Virus record (IMG/VR): IMGVR_UViG_3300049859_000058 | Span: 1-38,619 of that record | Source of the DNA: a virus | Lineage: Duplodnaviria > Caudoviricetes | DNA length: 38,619 nucleotides | Reading direction: 5' to 3' (one strand) | Shown here: positions 18,772 through 28,507 of the stretch, piece by piece | Numbering within the stretch: position 1 is the first letter of the stretch | How the letters are laid out: every line of letters starts with the position of its first letter | Notes under the pieces: generated by a model | Database searches by the model: none | The model's input: only the letters and a program-made list of their open reading frames with translations | What the model was told of the DNA's origin: nothing | Position numbers and translations under genes: made by a program

Positions 18772-20045
18772 TGGGTCGCCTCCACCGGGAAAATGGCGGG
18801 CTACTGGGAGCAGCTCTTTCCCGTGTAGCAACGGCGGTGAATAGCGCCAACACTTACGCCCCTTTCACGGATACGACTACCATCAAGGGCGGTACATTCG
18901 CCGTCACCGGAAGCCCCCCGGTAGTGAATGGCGGATTGCAATTCACGGGCTCTAACTACGTCACGACGACATTCCCGAGCTTCAGTGCTCAGGGGACATG
19001 GACGCTGGATTTTTTCTATCGCACAACCACAACAACTGTTGGCGGCCAGGGCTACATCAGCCAAGGCACCTTCGGCACTTCTTCGGGCCCAGTCGAGCTG
19101 GCTTTCTTTACGCTGTCTGGTGATGCTGGCGTTTACAGCAACACTGGCTGGAGCCATCAGCGTTCGGGCGTCAACGTCGCCAACGGTGCGTGGCGGCACC
19201 TAATGCTGTCCTCTAGCAATGGCGTTGGCACGTTCTACGTGGATGGGATTGCGCGGATCAGCAGCCTGGCAATGCCAGCATTGACATTTGATCGCTTCTA
19301 TTGGGGTCAATACATGCTCGCCGTTGGCAGCTATCCTGCCATGGGTGAAATCAAAGACGCACGCCTTACTCTTGGCCAAGCGTTAACAACAGTTCCCGAC
19401 TACTCAAAGACACAGCCGCCGTCAGGCATTCATCAGATCGGTACAGCCAGCGAACTGTTATTTGTCCCAAGCGAAGCGAGGAGCGCGTGGGAGTATTTGC
19501 AGGCCAACCCTGGCGCGGCAAGTGGCGTCTATCAGCTCGTTATCAATGGCGCATTGCGCTCGGTTTACTGCGACATGACGACGGACGGCGGCGGCTGGAT
19601 GCGTGTGGTCAACATGACCGCAGTCAACAGCAGCCCAACGCTAGCTGGTACAACCGGCGCAGCTGGAGATCCATCCAGTGCGCAGGGCAAGTGGAGCGAT
19701 GCCGACATCAACTGGGCCATCAGCAATGCACCGCGCCCGAGTTGGCAGGCACGCCCCGTGCTCCGCATGAACTCTGGCAGCCTGGTTGATTTCTTCGATG
19801 GCTCGCAACGAGCTTTCAGTGCCAGTGCTGGCGGTGCGATTGACCGTGGGTGGGGCACCTACGCTGAGGTCACAAGCGCTCCAAACGCTCCGCCATACAG
19901 CGGCTCAAACCTGACCGCTAACTACAACCATGGAATGCTCGCCAGTCACAGCAACTGGGGGGACAGCATAATTGGCCCCATGAGCCCAACTCGTGACGCT
20001 TTCTATAACGGGCTCGACGCACCTGGCACCATCTGGATCCGTTGA
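18771..20045 (+). CDS. Putative receptor-binding protein with LamG/ConA-like and fibrinogen-like domains
   Basis: WTLDFFYR...WRHLML......FYVDG...GEIKDARLT (LamG-like); SGVY..VYCDMTTDGGGW (fibrinogen-like). Confidence 0.72.
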   Translation: MGRLHRENGGLLGAALSRVATAVNSANTYAPFTDTTTIKGGTFAVTGSPPVVNGGLQFTGSNYVTTTFPSFSAQGTWTLDFFYRTTTTTVGGQGYISQGTFGTSSGPVELAFFTLSGDAGVYSNTGWSHQRSGVNVANGAWRHLMLSSSNGVGTFYVDGIARISSLAMPALTFDRFYWGQYMLAVGSYPAMGEIKDARLTLGQALTTVPDYSKTQPPSGIHQIGTASELLFVPSEARSAWEYLQANPGAASGVYQLVINGALRSVYCDMTTDGGGWMRVVNMTAVNSSPTLAGTTGAAGDPSSAQGKWSDADINWAISNAPRPSWQARPVLRMNSGSLVDFFDGSQRAFSASAGGAIDRGWGTYAEVTSAPNAPPYSGSNLTANYNHGMLASHSNWGDSIIGPMSPTRDAFYNGLDAPGTIWIR

Positions 20046-20048
20046 ACC

Positions 20049-20990
20049 ATGAGCTACATCGGCGCAAAACCATCGGGCCGTAGCGGCATCTGGCTTCCTG
20101 AAGCGGTGCGGCGCCGTCGCGCTGCTGGAAGATGGGGCGGCATCGCGGCAACAGGCGGCGTTGCCACAGACGTGGCGATCAACGGCATCACCTACCGCGT
20201 TCACACGTTCCTTTCGTCAGGCACGTTTAGCGTCGATTCCGATGGCGCTGTTGATGTGCTTGTCGTTGCTGGCGGCGGCGGCGGCGGCCGTTCATACGCT
20301 GGCGGTGGCGGTGGCGGCGGCGTGGTCTATCGCGCTGGGCACTCCGTTGCGGCTGGCGCAATCAATGTCACCGTTGGCGCTGGCGGTGTGACAAACACCA
20401 CCAACGCCAACGCCACCAATGGCGGCAATTCTGAATTCGGCTCACTGATTGCCCTGGGCGGTGGCGGTGGCGGCATCTACTGGAACAATTCAGTGGGCGC
20501 TGGTAGCGCAGGCGGCTCTGGCGGCGGTGGCGCTATTGGATTCTCATCTGGTGGCTCTGGCGGGCCCGGCGGCGCTGCAACGCAGCCAACTTCGGCCTCA
20601 GGCGGCTACGGCAACGCAGGCGGCACTGGCTACCACCTCAACCCGTCCTATCCCGCAGGCGGCGGCGGCGGCGCTGGCGGCCCTGGCGAGAACGGCGTCA
20701 ACGGTGTGCGCGGTGGCAATGGCGGCATCGGCATTGCCTTCGACATCAGCGGCACCACCACCTACTACGGCGGCGGCGGTGGCGGCGGTTCATACCAAGT
20801 CGGCGGAGGCACGGGCGGCGCCGGTGGTGGCGGTAACGGCGGCGCTCAAAACGTTGCAGGCTCCAACGCCACCGCAAACACAGGCGGTGGCGGTGGCGGT
20901 GGCGGCGGCGATGCAACCGGCACTGGCGCCAACATGCCTGGCGGCGCTGGCGGCTCCGGCATCGTGATTGTTCGCTACATCTTGAGCTAA
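20049..20990 (+). CDS. Glycine-rich virion protein
   Basis: YRVHTFLSSGTF, VDVLVVAGGGGGG, YGGGGGGG, ANTGGGGGG, GGSGIVIVRY. Confidence 0.85.
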   Translation: MSYIGAKPSGRSGIWLPEAVRRRRAAGRWGGIAATGGVATDVAINGITYRVHTFLSSGTFSVDSDGAVDVLVVAGGGGGGRSYAGGGGGGGVVYRAGHSVAAGAINVTVGAGGVTNTTNANATNGGNSEFGSLIALGGGGGGIYWNNSVGAGSAGGSGGGGAIGFSSGGSGGPGGAATQPTSASGGYGNAGGTGYHLNPSYPAGGGGGAGGPGENGVNGVRGGNGGIGIAFDISGTTTYYGGGGGGGSYQVGGGTGGAGGGGNGGAQNVAGSNATANTGGGGGGGGGDATGTGANMPGGAGGSGIVIVRYILS

Positions 20991-21127
20991 TGGCCGTCCG
21001 TAGCAAGACCGGCACCGCTCGCATTGAGCATCAGCCCGGCCCACCGAAAACAACTCGTCAAGGCTTCGGCCAACGTTCACGCCCACGCCGCAGAGGCCGC
21101 AAGCCCCTGCGGGGCCAGGGCCGCTGA
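20990..21127 (+). CDS. Small basic protein (45 aa, ends RGQGR)
   Basis: Own translation MAVRSKTGTARIEHQPGPPKTTRQGFGQRSRPRRRGRKPLRGQGR; TAATG coupling; fills the gap before the sheath gene; below the ORF-track length cutoff. Confidence 0.7.
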   Translation: MAVRSKTGTARIEHQPGPPKTTRQGFGQRSRPRRRGRKPLRGQGR

Positions 21128-21164
21128 GCACCCCTAGAATCATCCCGAGGAGGACCACTCAACC

Positions 21165-22376
21165 ATGACCACCACCTTCCTGCACGGTGTCGAGGTCCTG
21201 GAGCTGGACACTGGCATTCGGCCGATTCGCACTGTGCGGTCGGCGGTCATCGGCCTGGTGGGCACAGCCCCGGACGCAGATCCCACCGTCTTCCCGTACA
21301 ACGAGCCTGTCCTGATTGCAGGCAGTCGCGCCAAGGCTGGCCAGCTGGGCAGCGAGGGCACCCTGCCTGCTGCCATGGACGGCATTTTCGACCAGGTGGG
21401 CGCCACCGTGGTCGTGGTGCGCGTGGAGGAGGAAGCCACCGAGCTGGCCACCATGGCCAACGTGGCTGGCAACTCCACGGCCTACTCGGGCGTCTACGCC
21501 CTGCTGAAGGCTGAAAGCGAGCTGGGCGTCACCCCCAAGGTGCTCATCGCCCCTGGCTTCACCCACCAGCGCATCGAGGACAGCGCCAACCCTGGCAGCT
21601 ACCTGGTGAACCCGGCAGTGGCTGAGCTGCTGGGCATTGCCCAGGACAGCGTGGGCCTGGGCGAGCGCCTCCGCGCCGTGGTGATCGCCGACGGCCCCAA
21701 CACCACTGATGCTGCTGCGCAGGATTACGCCGCCGACCATGGCAGCGACCGCCTGTACGTGGTGGACCCGTGGGTGCGCGTGCTGTCTGGCACCAACTTC
21801 GTGGACCAGCCCGCCAGCGCCCGCGTGGCTGGCATCATCGCCCGCGTCGATGCTGAGGTGGGCTTCTGGGAATCGCCCTCGAACAAGCTCATGCAGGGCA
21901 TCAGCGGCATCAGCCGCCCCGTGCCCTTCGCCCTGGGCGACGCCAACAGCGCCGCCAACCTGCTGAACGAGGCCAAGGTGGCCACGATCATCCGCGAGCA
22001 GGGCTACCGCCTGTGGGGCAACCGCAGCACCAGCGCCGACAGCAAGTGGGCGTTCCTGAGCGTGCGCCGCACTGCGGACATGATCAACGAGTCGATCCTG
22101 CGCAGCCACCTGTGGGCTGTGGACCGGTGCATCACCCGCACCTACCTGCAGGACGTGTCCGAAAGCGTGAACGAGTACATGCGCTCGCTCAAGGCTCGTG
22201 GCGCGATCCTCGGCGGTGAGTGCTGGGTCGATCCCGAGGCCAACAACCCTGGCAACATCGCCAACGGCCAGGTGACTTTCGACTTCGACTTCACCCCTTG
22301 CTACCCGGCCGAGCGGGTGACCTTCCGGTCGGTGCTGACCAACGGCTACCTGACCGAGCTGCTCACTTCCAACTGA
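21165..22376 (+). CDS. Tail sheath protein (P2 FI-like)
   Basis: FLHGVEV, SAVIGLVGTAPDAD, PKVLIAPGF, GFWESPSN, GYRLWGNRS, FDFTP.YPAE. Confidence 0.96.
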   Translation: MTTTFLHGVEVLELDTGIRPIRTVRSAVIGLVGTAPDADPTVFPYNEPVLIAGSRAKAGQLGSEGTLPAAMDGIFDQVGATVVVVRVEEEATELATMANVAGNSTAYSGVYALLKAESELGVTPKVLIAPGFTHQRIEDSANPGSYLVNPAVAELLGIAQDSVGLGERLRAVVIADGPNTTDAAAQDYAADHGSDRLYVVDPWVRVLSGTNFVDQPASARVAGIIARVDAEVGFWESPSNKLMQGISGISRPVPFALGDANSAANLLNEAKVATIIREQGYRLWGNRSTSADSKWAFLSVRRTADMINESILRSHLWAVDRCITRTYLQDVSESVNEYMRSLKARGAILGGECWVDPEANNPGNIANGQVTFDFDFTPCYPAERVTFRSVLTNGYLTELLTSN

Positions 22377-22386
22377 GGCCTGACCG

Positions 22387-22893
22387 ATGGCACTTCCTAA
22401 GATCCTTCGCAACTTCAGCCTCTACGTGGACGGCATCGGCTACGCCGGGCGCGTCACCGAGGCCACCCCTCCCACCCTGTCGGTGCAGACCGAGGAGTTC
22501 CGTGCCGGTGGCATGGACGCCCCGGCTGAGATCGACATGGGCCTGGAGGCCATGGAGCTGGCGTTCACCCTGGCCGAGTACGACCCGGCTGTGCTGCGCA
22601 AGTTCGGCCTCCTGGATCAGTCCGCTGTCCAGGTAGCCCTGCGCGGCGCCATGGTGGACAACGGCACCGACGCCACGCCCATCGTCATCAACGGCACTGG
22701 CCACTTCAAGGAGTTCGACCCCGGCAACTTCACCGCTGGTGAGGCCACCGAGGCATCGTTCACTATGGGCCTGCGCTACTACCGTCTCACCATCGACGGC
22801 AACGTGCTGCACGAGGTGGATGTGGTGAACATGACCCGTATCATCAACGGTGTGGATCAGCTCGCCTCGATCCGCACCGCCATCGGGATCTGA
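22387..22893 (+). CDS. Tail tube protein (P2 FII-like)
   Basis: LPKILRNFSLYVDG.GYAG...EEFRAGGMD...DMGLE...YYRL.IDG...INGVDQL...R.AIG. Confidence 0.95.
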   Translation: MALPKILRNFSLYVDGIGYAGRVTEATPPTLSVQTEEFRAGGMDAPAEIDMGLEAMELAFTLAEYDPAVLRKFGLLDQSAVQVALRGAMVDNGTDATPIVINGTGHFKEFDPGNFTAGEATEASFTMGLRYYRLTIDGNVLHEVDVVNMTRIINGVDQLASIRTAIGI

Positions 22894-22900
22894 CACCTAG

Positions 22901-23170
22901 ATGAAGAACCGACCCACTACCCCTATTGACCTCGAATACCCCGTCACTGTTGACGGGGTTGAGGTCTCAACCCTCGCTATGCGTCGGCCCACTGTGGCCG
23001 ACCAGCTGGCTTTCGAGGAAGGCAAAGGCAGCGAGGCACGGCGCACCATTGCGCTGATGGCCAACCTTTGCGACGTGCCTCCCAACTCAATTCAGCAGCT
23101 GGATGCCTCCGACTTCCAGAAGCTGGCTGAGGTGCTCAAGGGTTTCAACGAGCCCCAGCAGGAGAGCTGA
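22901..23170 (+). CDS. Tail assembly chaperone (gpE-like)
   Basis: I.LEYPVTVDG.....L.MRRPTVAD...L.ANLC.......LD..DF..L; lies between tube and tape measure. Confidence 0.88.
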   Translation: MKNRPTTPIDLEYPVTVDGVEVSTLAMRRPTVADQLAFEEGKGSEARRTIALMANLCDVPPNSIQQLDASDFQKLAEVLKGFNEPQQES

Positions 23171-23313
23171 GGCGCGTCTGCGTGATCGTCGCCAAGCTGA
23201 CCGGCTGGGGCCTGGCAGACCTGCTCGCCTGCACCGTCGAAGAACTGCTGGAATGGCATAAGGCGGCCGCCAAGGTCGAACAGGAGATCGCCTCCAAAAT
23301 CCGCAAGAGGTAA
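23140..23313 (+). CDS. gpE'-like extension reached by -1 programmed frameshift at G GGT TTC (23140-23146)
   Basis: The -1 frame reads GFQRAPAGELRRVCVIVAKLTGWGLADLLACTVEELLEWHKAAAKVEQEIASKIRKR* and ends 3 nt before the tape measure ATG; W....L......EL..W pattern of gpE'. Confidence 0.78.
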   Translation, partial: GFQRAPAGELRRVCVIVAKLTGWGLADLLACTVEELLEWHKAAAKVEQEIASKIRKR

Positions 23314-23316
23314 GCC

Positions 23317-25764
23317 ATGGCAGGCGCGGCCAGCAAGATCACAGTCGAGATCGGCGGCCGGATAGCGGCCAGCCTTACGAAGTCGCTGCGGGATGCTCAG
23401 CGCCAGGTCAGCACCCTGGGCCAGAACATCAACCGCAGCATGGCTGCGGCCTCGCGTGGCTTCAAGGGCGCGTTCAAGGATGATGCTTTCCAGCTGGCGG
23501 CAACCGCTGCCGCTGGCATCGGCCTGGCGCTGAACAACAGCGTCAAGGCAGCCAGCACCTTCCAGGGTGTACTGACGGACATCGGCAAGACCAGCGGCGC
23601 CACGAACAGCGAGCTGAAAGAGCTGGGCGCCCAGCTGCGCGGCCTGTCGATCCGCAACCGCACCAACCTGGCGCCCAACGTGCTGGCCGAGGGCGTGCAG
23701 GATCTGGTGGCCCAGGGCCTGGACCTGAAGGATGCTGTGGCGTCCATCGAGGCGCTGGGCAGGGTGGCCACTGCCACCGGCTCGCAGCTGACCGACGTTA
23801 CGAAGACGGGCTTCCAGCTGCAGAACGCCCTCAAGATCAAGCCCACCGAGCTGAAGGCCACCTTCGACGCGCTGGCCTACGCCGGTAAGCAGGGCGCCTT
23901 CGAGCTGAAGGACATGGCCCAGTTCATGCCGACCATTGCGGCGGCAGCTGGCAGCCTTGGCATCGAGGGCCGCAAAGGCGCCGTCAGCCTGGCCGCCATG
24001 ATGCAGATGGTGCGCAAAGACGCGCCGGATGCGGGCCAGGCAGCAACGCGCCTCACGGACGCGATGCTGAAAATGACCGCGCCGCAGACGGTCAAGAACT
24101 TCGAGAAGTTCGGCGTCGATATCGAGCGCGTGCTCAAGGATGCGCAGAAGAACGGCATCAACCCCATGGAGGCTGCGCTCGACACCTTGTTCAAGGTGAC
24201 GGGCGGCGACAGCTTCAAGCTGGGCGAAATCTTCGGCGACAAGGAGGCCAAGCTGGCCCTCATGTCGCTCATGAAGTACCGCCAGGAGTACACCAAGCTC
24301 CGGGACGAAGCGGGCGGCAGCGCAGCAGCTGGCACGGTTGACCAGGACTACCTGCGCAGCATCGACACCTTCCAGGGGCGCCTGACCACGTTCCAGAACT
24401 CGATGCAGAACCTGGGCATCGTGGTGGGCAATGCCCTGATGCCTCCACTGGCGGCGCTGGCTGACATGCTGACCCCCATCTTTGAAACCATCGGCCGCAT
24501 GGCCGACCAGTTCCCAACCCTCACCGGCGTGGTGGTGGGCCTGGCCGCGGCCTTTGTCGGCCTGGTAGCTGTGGCCCCCTTCATCGCCTCGCTGATGAGC
24601 GTGGCCAGCGGCCTGGGCATCACCCTGGGCGGCATCGCTGCGGTGGCCACCGGCCCCATCGGCCTGACCATCGCCGCCATCATCGGCATCGGCACCGCCC
24701 TAGTGATCGCCTACGACAAGGTGGGGTGGTTCCGGGCTGCGGTGAATGCCGCCTGGGCCTCGATCAAGCAAGCCTTTGCGGGCCTGGTGACTTACCTGGG
24801 CGGCGCCTGGAAGTTCTTCACTGGCCTGTTCACGGGTGATGTGGGCCGCATGAAAGAGGGCTTCAACCAAGCCCTCAGCGGCATCGGCATGATGTTCAGC
24901 GCCTGGACCAGCTGGCTGGGCACCGTGTGGAACGGCGTCACCAGCACCATCCAGGCCGCCTTCCAGGGCGCCGTGGCTGGCGTGCGGGCGATCTGGCAGG
25001 GCCTGGTGACCTTCTTCCAGGGCCTGGTGACGCAGATCGGCGCCGTGTTCCAGGGCGTGGGCGCCACCATCATGGCGGTGATGTTCCCGATCCCCACGCT
25101 CATTCTGGGCGTGTTCGGCCAGCTGCCCCCGGGCGTGCAGGGCGTGTTCAATCAGGTGGTCGCCGTCATCCGTGCGGTGCCTGGCCAGCTGGCGGACGTG
25201 GGCGGGGCGATCATCCAGACGATCATCAACGGCATCAAGGCCAAGGCGGCCGAGATGTACGCCGTGGTGAAGGAGACCTTCGCCAAGGTGCGCAACCTGA
25301 TGCCGTTCTCGGACGCCAAGGAGGGGCCGTTCTCAGCCCTGACCAAGAGCGGCAAAGCGATCATTGGCACCCTGGCCACCGGCGTGGCCCTGGCATCGCC
25401 GCGCCTGAGCGAGGCCATGGATGCTGCTGCAGCTGGCGCCATGCGGGCCCTGGGCGGCGCTGACGGCGCGATGCCTGGCCTGGCCCTGGCCGGTGCCGGT
25501 GGGCCTGGCCTGACGGCTGCGGGCGTGCCGGTGCGGTCGCAGCCCATGGTGCCCAACTACGGCGGCAGCCTGGACGTGCCAGCGCCGCGGCCTGCGGGCG
25601 CCTACGGCGGCGCCAGCATGGGGATGACCATGAGCCCTACCGTCAACGTGAACGTCACCAACGCCAACGCCACGGCCGACGACATTGCCGACAAGGTGAT
25701 GCGGGTGTTCAACGACATGCTCGGCGAGGCCGAGGCCAGCGTTCGCGCCTTCCTGAATGACTGA
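23317..25764 (+). CDS. Tape measure protein (TP901 family core)
   Basis: AGKQGAFELKDMAQ, IFGD.EA, Ala/Gly-rich helical and hydrophobic segments, W/F-spaced repeats, PFSDAKEGPFS. Confidence 0.93.
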   Translation: MAGAASKITVEIGGRIAASLTKSLRDAQRQVSTLGQNINRSMAAASRGFKGAFKDDAFQLAATAAAGIGLALNNSVKAASTFQGVLTDIGKTSGATNSELKELGAQLRGLSIRNRTNLAPNVLAEGVQDLVAQGLDLKDAVASIEALGRVATATGSQLTDVTKTGFQLQNALKIKPTELKATFDALAYAGKQGAFELKDMAQFMPTIAAAAGSLGIEGRKGAVSLAAMMQMVRKDAPDAGQAATRLTDAMLKMTAPQTVKNFEKFGVDIERVLKDAQKNGINPMEAALDTLFKVTGGDSFKLGEIFGDKEAKLALMSLMKYRQEYTKLRDEAGGSAAAGTVDQDYLRSIDTFQGRLTTFQNSMQNLGIVVGNALMPPLAALADMLTPIFETIGRMADQFPTLTGVVVGLAAAFVGLVAVAPFIASLMSVASGLGITLGGIAAVATGPIGLTIAAIIGIGTALVIAYDKVGWFRAAVNAAWASIKQAFAGLVTYLGGAWKFFTGLFTGDVGRMKEGFNQALSGIGMMFSAWTSWLGTVWNGVTSTIQAAFQGAVAGVRAIWQGLVTFFQGLVTQIGAVFQGVGATIMAVMFPIPTLILGVFGQLPPGVQGVFNQVVAVIRAVPGQLADVGGAIIQTIINGIKAKAAEMYAVVKETFAKVRNLMPFSDAKEGPFSALTKSGKAIIGTLATGVALASPRLSEAMDAAAAGAMRALGGADGAMPGLALAGAGGPGLTAAGVPVRSQPMVPNYGGSLDVPAPRPAGAYGGASMGMTMSPTVNVNVTNANATADDIADKVMRVFNDMLGEAEASVRAFLND

Positions 25765-25766
25765 CC

Positions 25767-26231
25767 ATGGCAGCTGAAATCCTTATGACCCTGGGCGGCT
25801 TCCAGTTCGCCATCAACACCGCGGCCCACGACAGCCTGCAGCGCGAAACCGCCTACCGGTGGGAGCAGCAGGACCGCCTGGGCCGTGAGCCCGCCATGCA
25901 GTTCATCGGCGCAGGCAACGAGAAGATCAGCCTCCAGGGCCGCATCTACCCGCACTTCCGCGGCGGCCTGGGCCAGCTCAACACCATGCGCCAGATGGCG
26001 GGCGAGGGCGAGCCGCTGCAGCTGATCGACGGCCTGGGCAACGTGCTGGGCCAATACTGCATCACCCGCATCGTGGAGGGGCAGCAGGCCTACGTGGGCC
26101 CAGGTATCCCCCGGCGCATGGACTTCGCCATCGAACTGGAACGCTACGGTGCAGATCAGCTGGCCGGTAACGGCGGCGATGGCAGCGGCGGCGGCGGCTG
26201 GTTCGGCTCTTTCTTCGGACTGTTCACCTGA
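25767..26231 (+). CDS. P2 gpU-like tail protein
   Basis: LMTLGGFQF..TAA...LQR...YRW....R.GR.PA.QFIG.G.E.I.L.G.IYP. Confidence 0.9.
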   Translation: MAAEILMTLGGFQFAINTAAHDSLQRETAYRWEQQDRLGREPAMQFIGAGNEKISLQGRIYPHFRGGLGQLNTMRQMAGEGEPLQLIDGLGNVLGQYCITRIVEGQQAYVGPGIPRRMDFAIELERYGADQLAGNGGDGSGGGGWFGSFFGLFT

Positions 26232-26446
26232 TGGCCCAGACCTACCTGACCCAGCAAGACGACGAGCTGGACGAAATCTGTCACCGCTACTACGGCTACA
26301 GCCGCGGCGCGGTGGAGGCCGTGCTGGCGCTGGAGGCGAACCGCGAACTGGCGCAGCTGCTGCCGGTGCTGCCCGAGGGCGTGCGGGTGGTGCTGCCAGA
26401 CATTGCGCCGCCTACACCGGCGCCCAGGCTGCGGCTGTGGAGCTGA
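26231..26446 (+). CDS. P2 gpX-like tail protein
   Basis: Y.T.Q.D.LD.IC.RYYG....VEAVL..N..LA......LPEG..V.LPD....LW. Confidence 0.9.
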   Translation: MAQTYLTQQDDELDEICHRYYGYSRGAVEAVLALEANRELAQLLPVLPEGVRVVLPDIAPPTPAPRLRLWS

Positions 26447-26449
26447 TCC

Positions 26450-27475
26450 ATGAAGCCAGCCTTCCGCGTCATCAGCAGCGGCAACGACATCACTCAGCAG
26501 ATCGCTGACCGGCTGCTCAGCATCCGGGTGCAGGACGAGGCCGGGCAGAAGTCGGACACGGTGGAGCTGACCCTGGACGACCGGGGCCAGAACCTGCCGC
26601 TGCCCGAGGAGCAGACCGAGCTGAAGGTCTACCTGGGCTACAGCCACGATGGGAACACGCCCCAGGAAATGGGCACCTACGTGGTGGATGAGGTGGAGTT
26701 CAGCCACCCACCGGCCACGGTGCGCGTGCGGGCCAAGGCCATGGAGGCCAGCCCCACCTTCAAGCAACCGAAGACCAGGGCCTGGCACGACAAGACCATC
26801 GGCCAGATCGTGCAGCAGATCGCTGGCGAGCACGGCCTGACGGCCCAGGTGCACGGCAACTACCGCAGCCGCAAGATCGACCACATCGACCAGACCGAGG
26901 AAAGCGATGCGCACTTCCTGACGCGCCTGGCCAAGCTGCACGGCGCCACCAGCAAGCCCGCCGAGGGGATGCTGGTGTTCATCCCGCAGGGCGCCGGGGT
27001 GTCGGTGCAGGGCAAGAACCTGCCTGCCGCCAACGTCAACGTCCAGGAGGTGAGCAACTACCGGGCCACGGTGAAGGAGCGGGGCCGCTACCGCACGGTG
27101 AAGGCGAAGTACATGGACAAGGAGACCGGCACCGAAAAGACGGTGGAGGCGCCGGTGCCTGGCGCTGGGCTGTCGCTGTTCGGCGACCGCTCCACCGTCT
27201 ACCAGGACCGCAAGCTGTACCCGAGCAAGGAGGAGGCCGAGCAGGCCGCCAAGGCCATGGGCGTGCAGCTCACCTCCGGCACAGTGACAATCGACTTGAC
27301 CTGCGCGGGGCGGCCTGACATTTTCGCTGAACGCCCCATTGCTCTGACCGGCTTCCGCAACCCGCTGAACGCCACCTGGGTGATCCAATCGGTCACCCAC
27401 GAGTACTCAGGCAAGGGCTACACCACGAAAATCACATGCGGCACAGGCGGCAGCGCAGCCACGGGCAGCGCATGA
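26450..27475 (+). CDS. P2 gpD-like baseplate hub (late control D family)
   Basis: P.F.V...G.DIT..I.DRLLS....DE.G..SD...L.LDD; HIDQTEESDAHFLTRLA. Confidence 0.92.
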   Translation: MKPAFRVISSGNDITQQIADRLLSIRVQDEAGQKSDTVELTLDDRGQNLPLPEEQTELKVYLGYSHDGNTPQEMGTYVVDEVEFSHPPATVRVRAKAMEASPTFKQPKTRAWHDKTIGQIVQQIAGEHGLTAQVHGNYRSRKIDHIDQTEESDAHFLTRLAKLHGATSKPAEGMLVFIPQGAGVSVQGKNLPAANVNVQEVSNYRATVKERGRYRTVKAKYMDKETGTEKTVEAPVPGAGLSLFGDRSTVYQDRKLYPSKEEAEQAAKAMGVQLTSGTVTIDLTCAGRPDIFAERPIALTGFRNPLNATWVIQSVTHEYSGKGYTTKITCGTGGSAATGSA

Positions 27476-27513
27476 GCACCTTCCGTAGACTTGCTCGGTA
27501 AGGGGCCCCCGCC

Positions 27514-27792
27514 ATGCCAGAACAGCAGGAAGTCTCACACCTGGAGATCTACAAACTCCTGATCGAGGTGAAGACCACGCTGGACATGGCGTTGAAACAG
27601 CGGGCCGAGGACAAGGACCGCGACGACACCGAGAAGGCAGATATTTTCAAGCGGCTGGGCGTGCTGGAGAACCGCATGGCCCAGGTAGTCATCCTGGCGG
27701 TGGCCGCCAGCATCGTGATCCCGTTCATCGTGACAGCTGCTGCACCGCGCCTACACTTCGGCCAGGCCGCCGCGGTCAGCCAGGAGCGATGA
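27514..27792 (+). CDS. Coiled-coil plus single TM protein (holin/hemolysin-like)
   Basis: IFKRLGVLENRM followed by hydrophobic VVILAVAASIVIPFIV; first gene of the lysis cluster. Confidence 0.55.
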   Translation: MPEQQEVSHLEIYKLLIEVKTTLDMALKQRAEDKDRDDTEKADIFKRLGVLENRMAQVVILAVAASIVIPFIVTAAAPRLHFGQAAAVSQER

Positions 27793-28496
27793 GCCAGATC
27801 AAGCTCGAGGAGTTTTTCAGGTTCTACCGGGGGCTGCCCCACCAGCAGGCAGCCGTGCAGCAGCTCCAGGAGGCGATGCCAGCCTCGCTGCTGAAACCCG
27901 ATGCAAGCTGGATCGAGACGTACCGGGCGGCAGGAAAGCAGCCCGCCAAGGCGCCGCCCAGCAACCCGCTGCGGGTGCCCTACTACATGCAGCGCGACAG
28001 CGCCACGAAGCACGCCCTGCGCATGTGCTTCAGCAGCAGCTGCGCCATGCTGCTGGAGGCCCTACGCCCTGGCACCCTGGCAGGCCCCAATGGCGACGAC
28101 GCCTACCTGGGCCGGGTGCTGCGCTACGGCGACACCACCGACAGCGGCGCCCAGCTCAAGGCCCTGGCCAGCTACGGCGTGGAGGCCCGCTTCGTGCAGA
28201 ACGCCACCTGGCGCACGGTGGTGCAGCAGATCGACAAGGGCATCCCCGTGCCCCTGGGCTTCCTGCACCACGGCCACGTCAGCCAGCCCGGTGGTGGCGG
28301 CCACTGGCTGTGCGCCATCGGCTACGACGGCGACGAGGCGCTGATTGTGCACGACCCGTTCGGCGACTGCGACCTGGTGAACGGCCGATACGTGAACAAC
28401 TGGGGGGCGCGGCTGCGCTACTCCCGCAAGAACTTCGGCCCCCGCTGGATGGTGGAGGGCGAAGGGACGGGCTGGGCGATCATCGCTAGCCTTTGA
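27789..28496 (+). CDS. C39-like cysteine peptidase (candidate endolysin)
   Basis: L.VPYY.Q.D...CFSSSCAM, GGGHW...IGY, IVHDPFG give a papain-like C/H/D triad. Confidence 0.82.
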   Translation: MSQIKLEEFFRFYRGLPHQQAAVQQLQEAMPASLLKPDASWIETYRAAGKQPAKAPPSNPLRVPYYMQRDSATKHALRMCFSSSCAMLLEALRPGTLAGPNGDDAYLGRVLRYGDTTDSGAQLKALASYGVEARFVQNATWRTVVQQIDKGIPVPLGFLHHGHVSQPGGGGHWLCAIGYDGDEALIVHDPFGDCDLVNGRYVNNWGARLRYSRKNFGPRWMVEGEGTGWAIIASL

Positions 28497-28507
28497 GGAG
28501 CACTGCT

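Noticed and set aside
18771-20045. Diversity-generating retroelement target
   Set aside because: No reverse transcriptase and no template/variable repeat pair noticed in this window
20260-20960. (GGC)n microsatellite-like tracts
   Set aside because: They encode the poly-Gly runs of the glycine-rich protein
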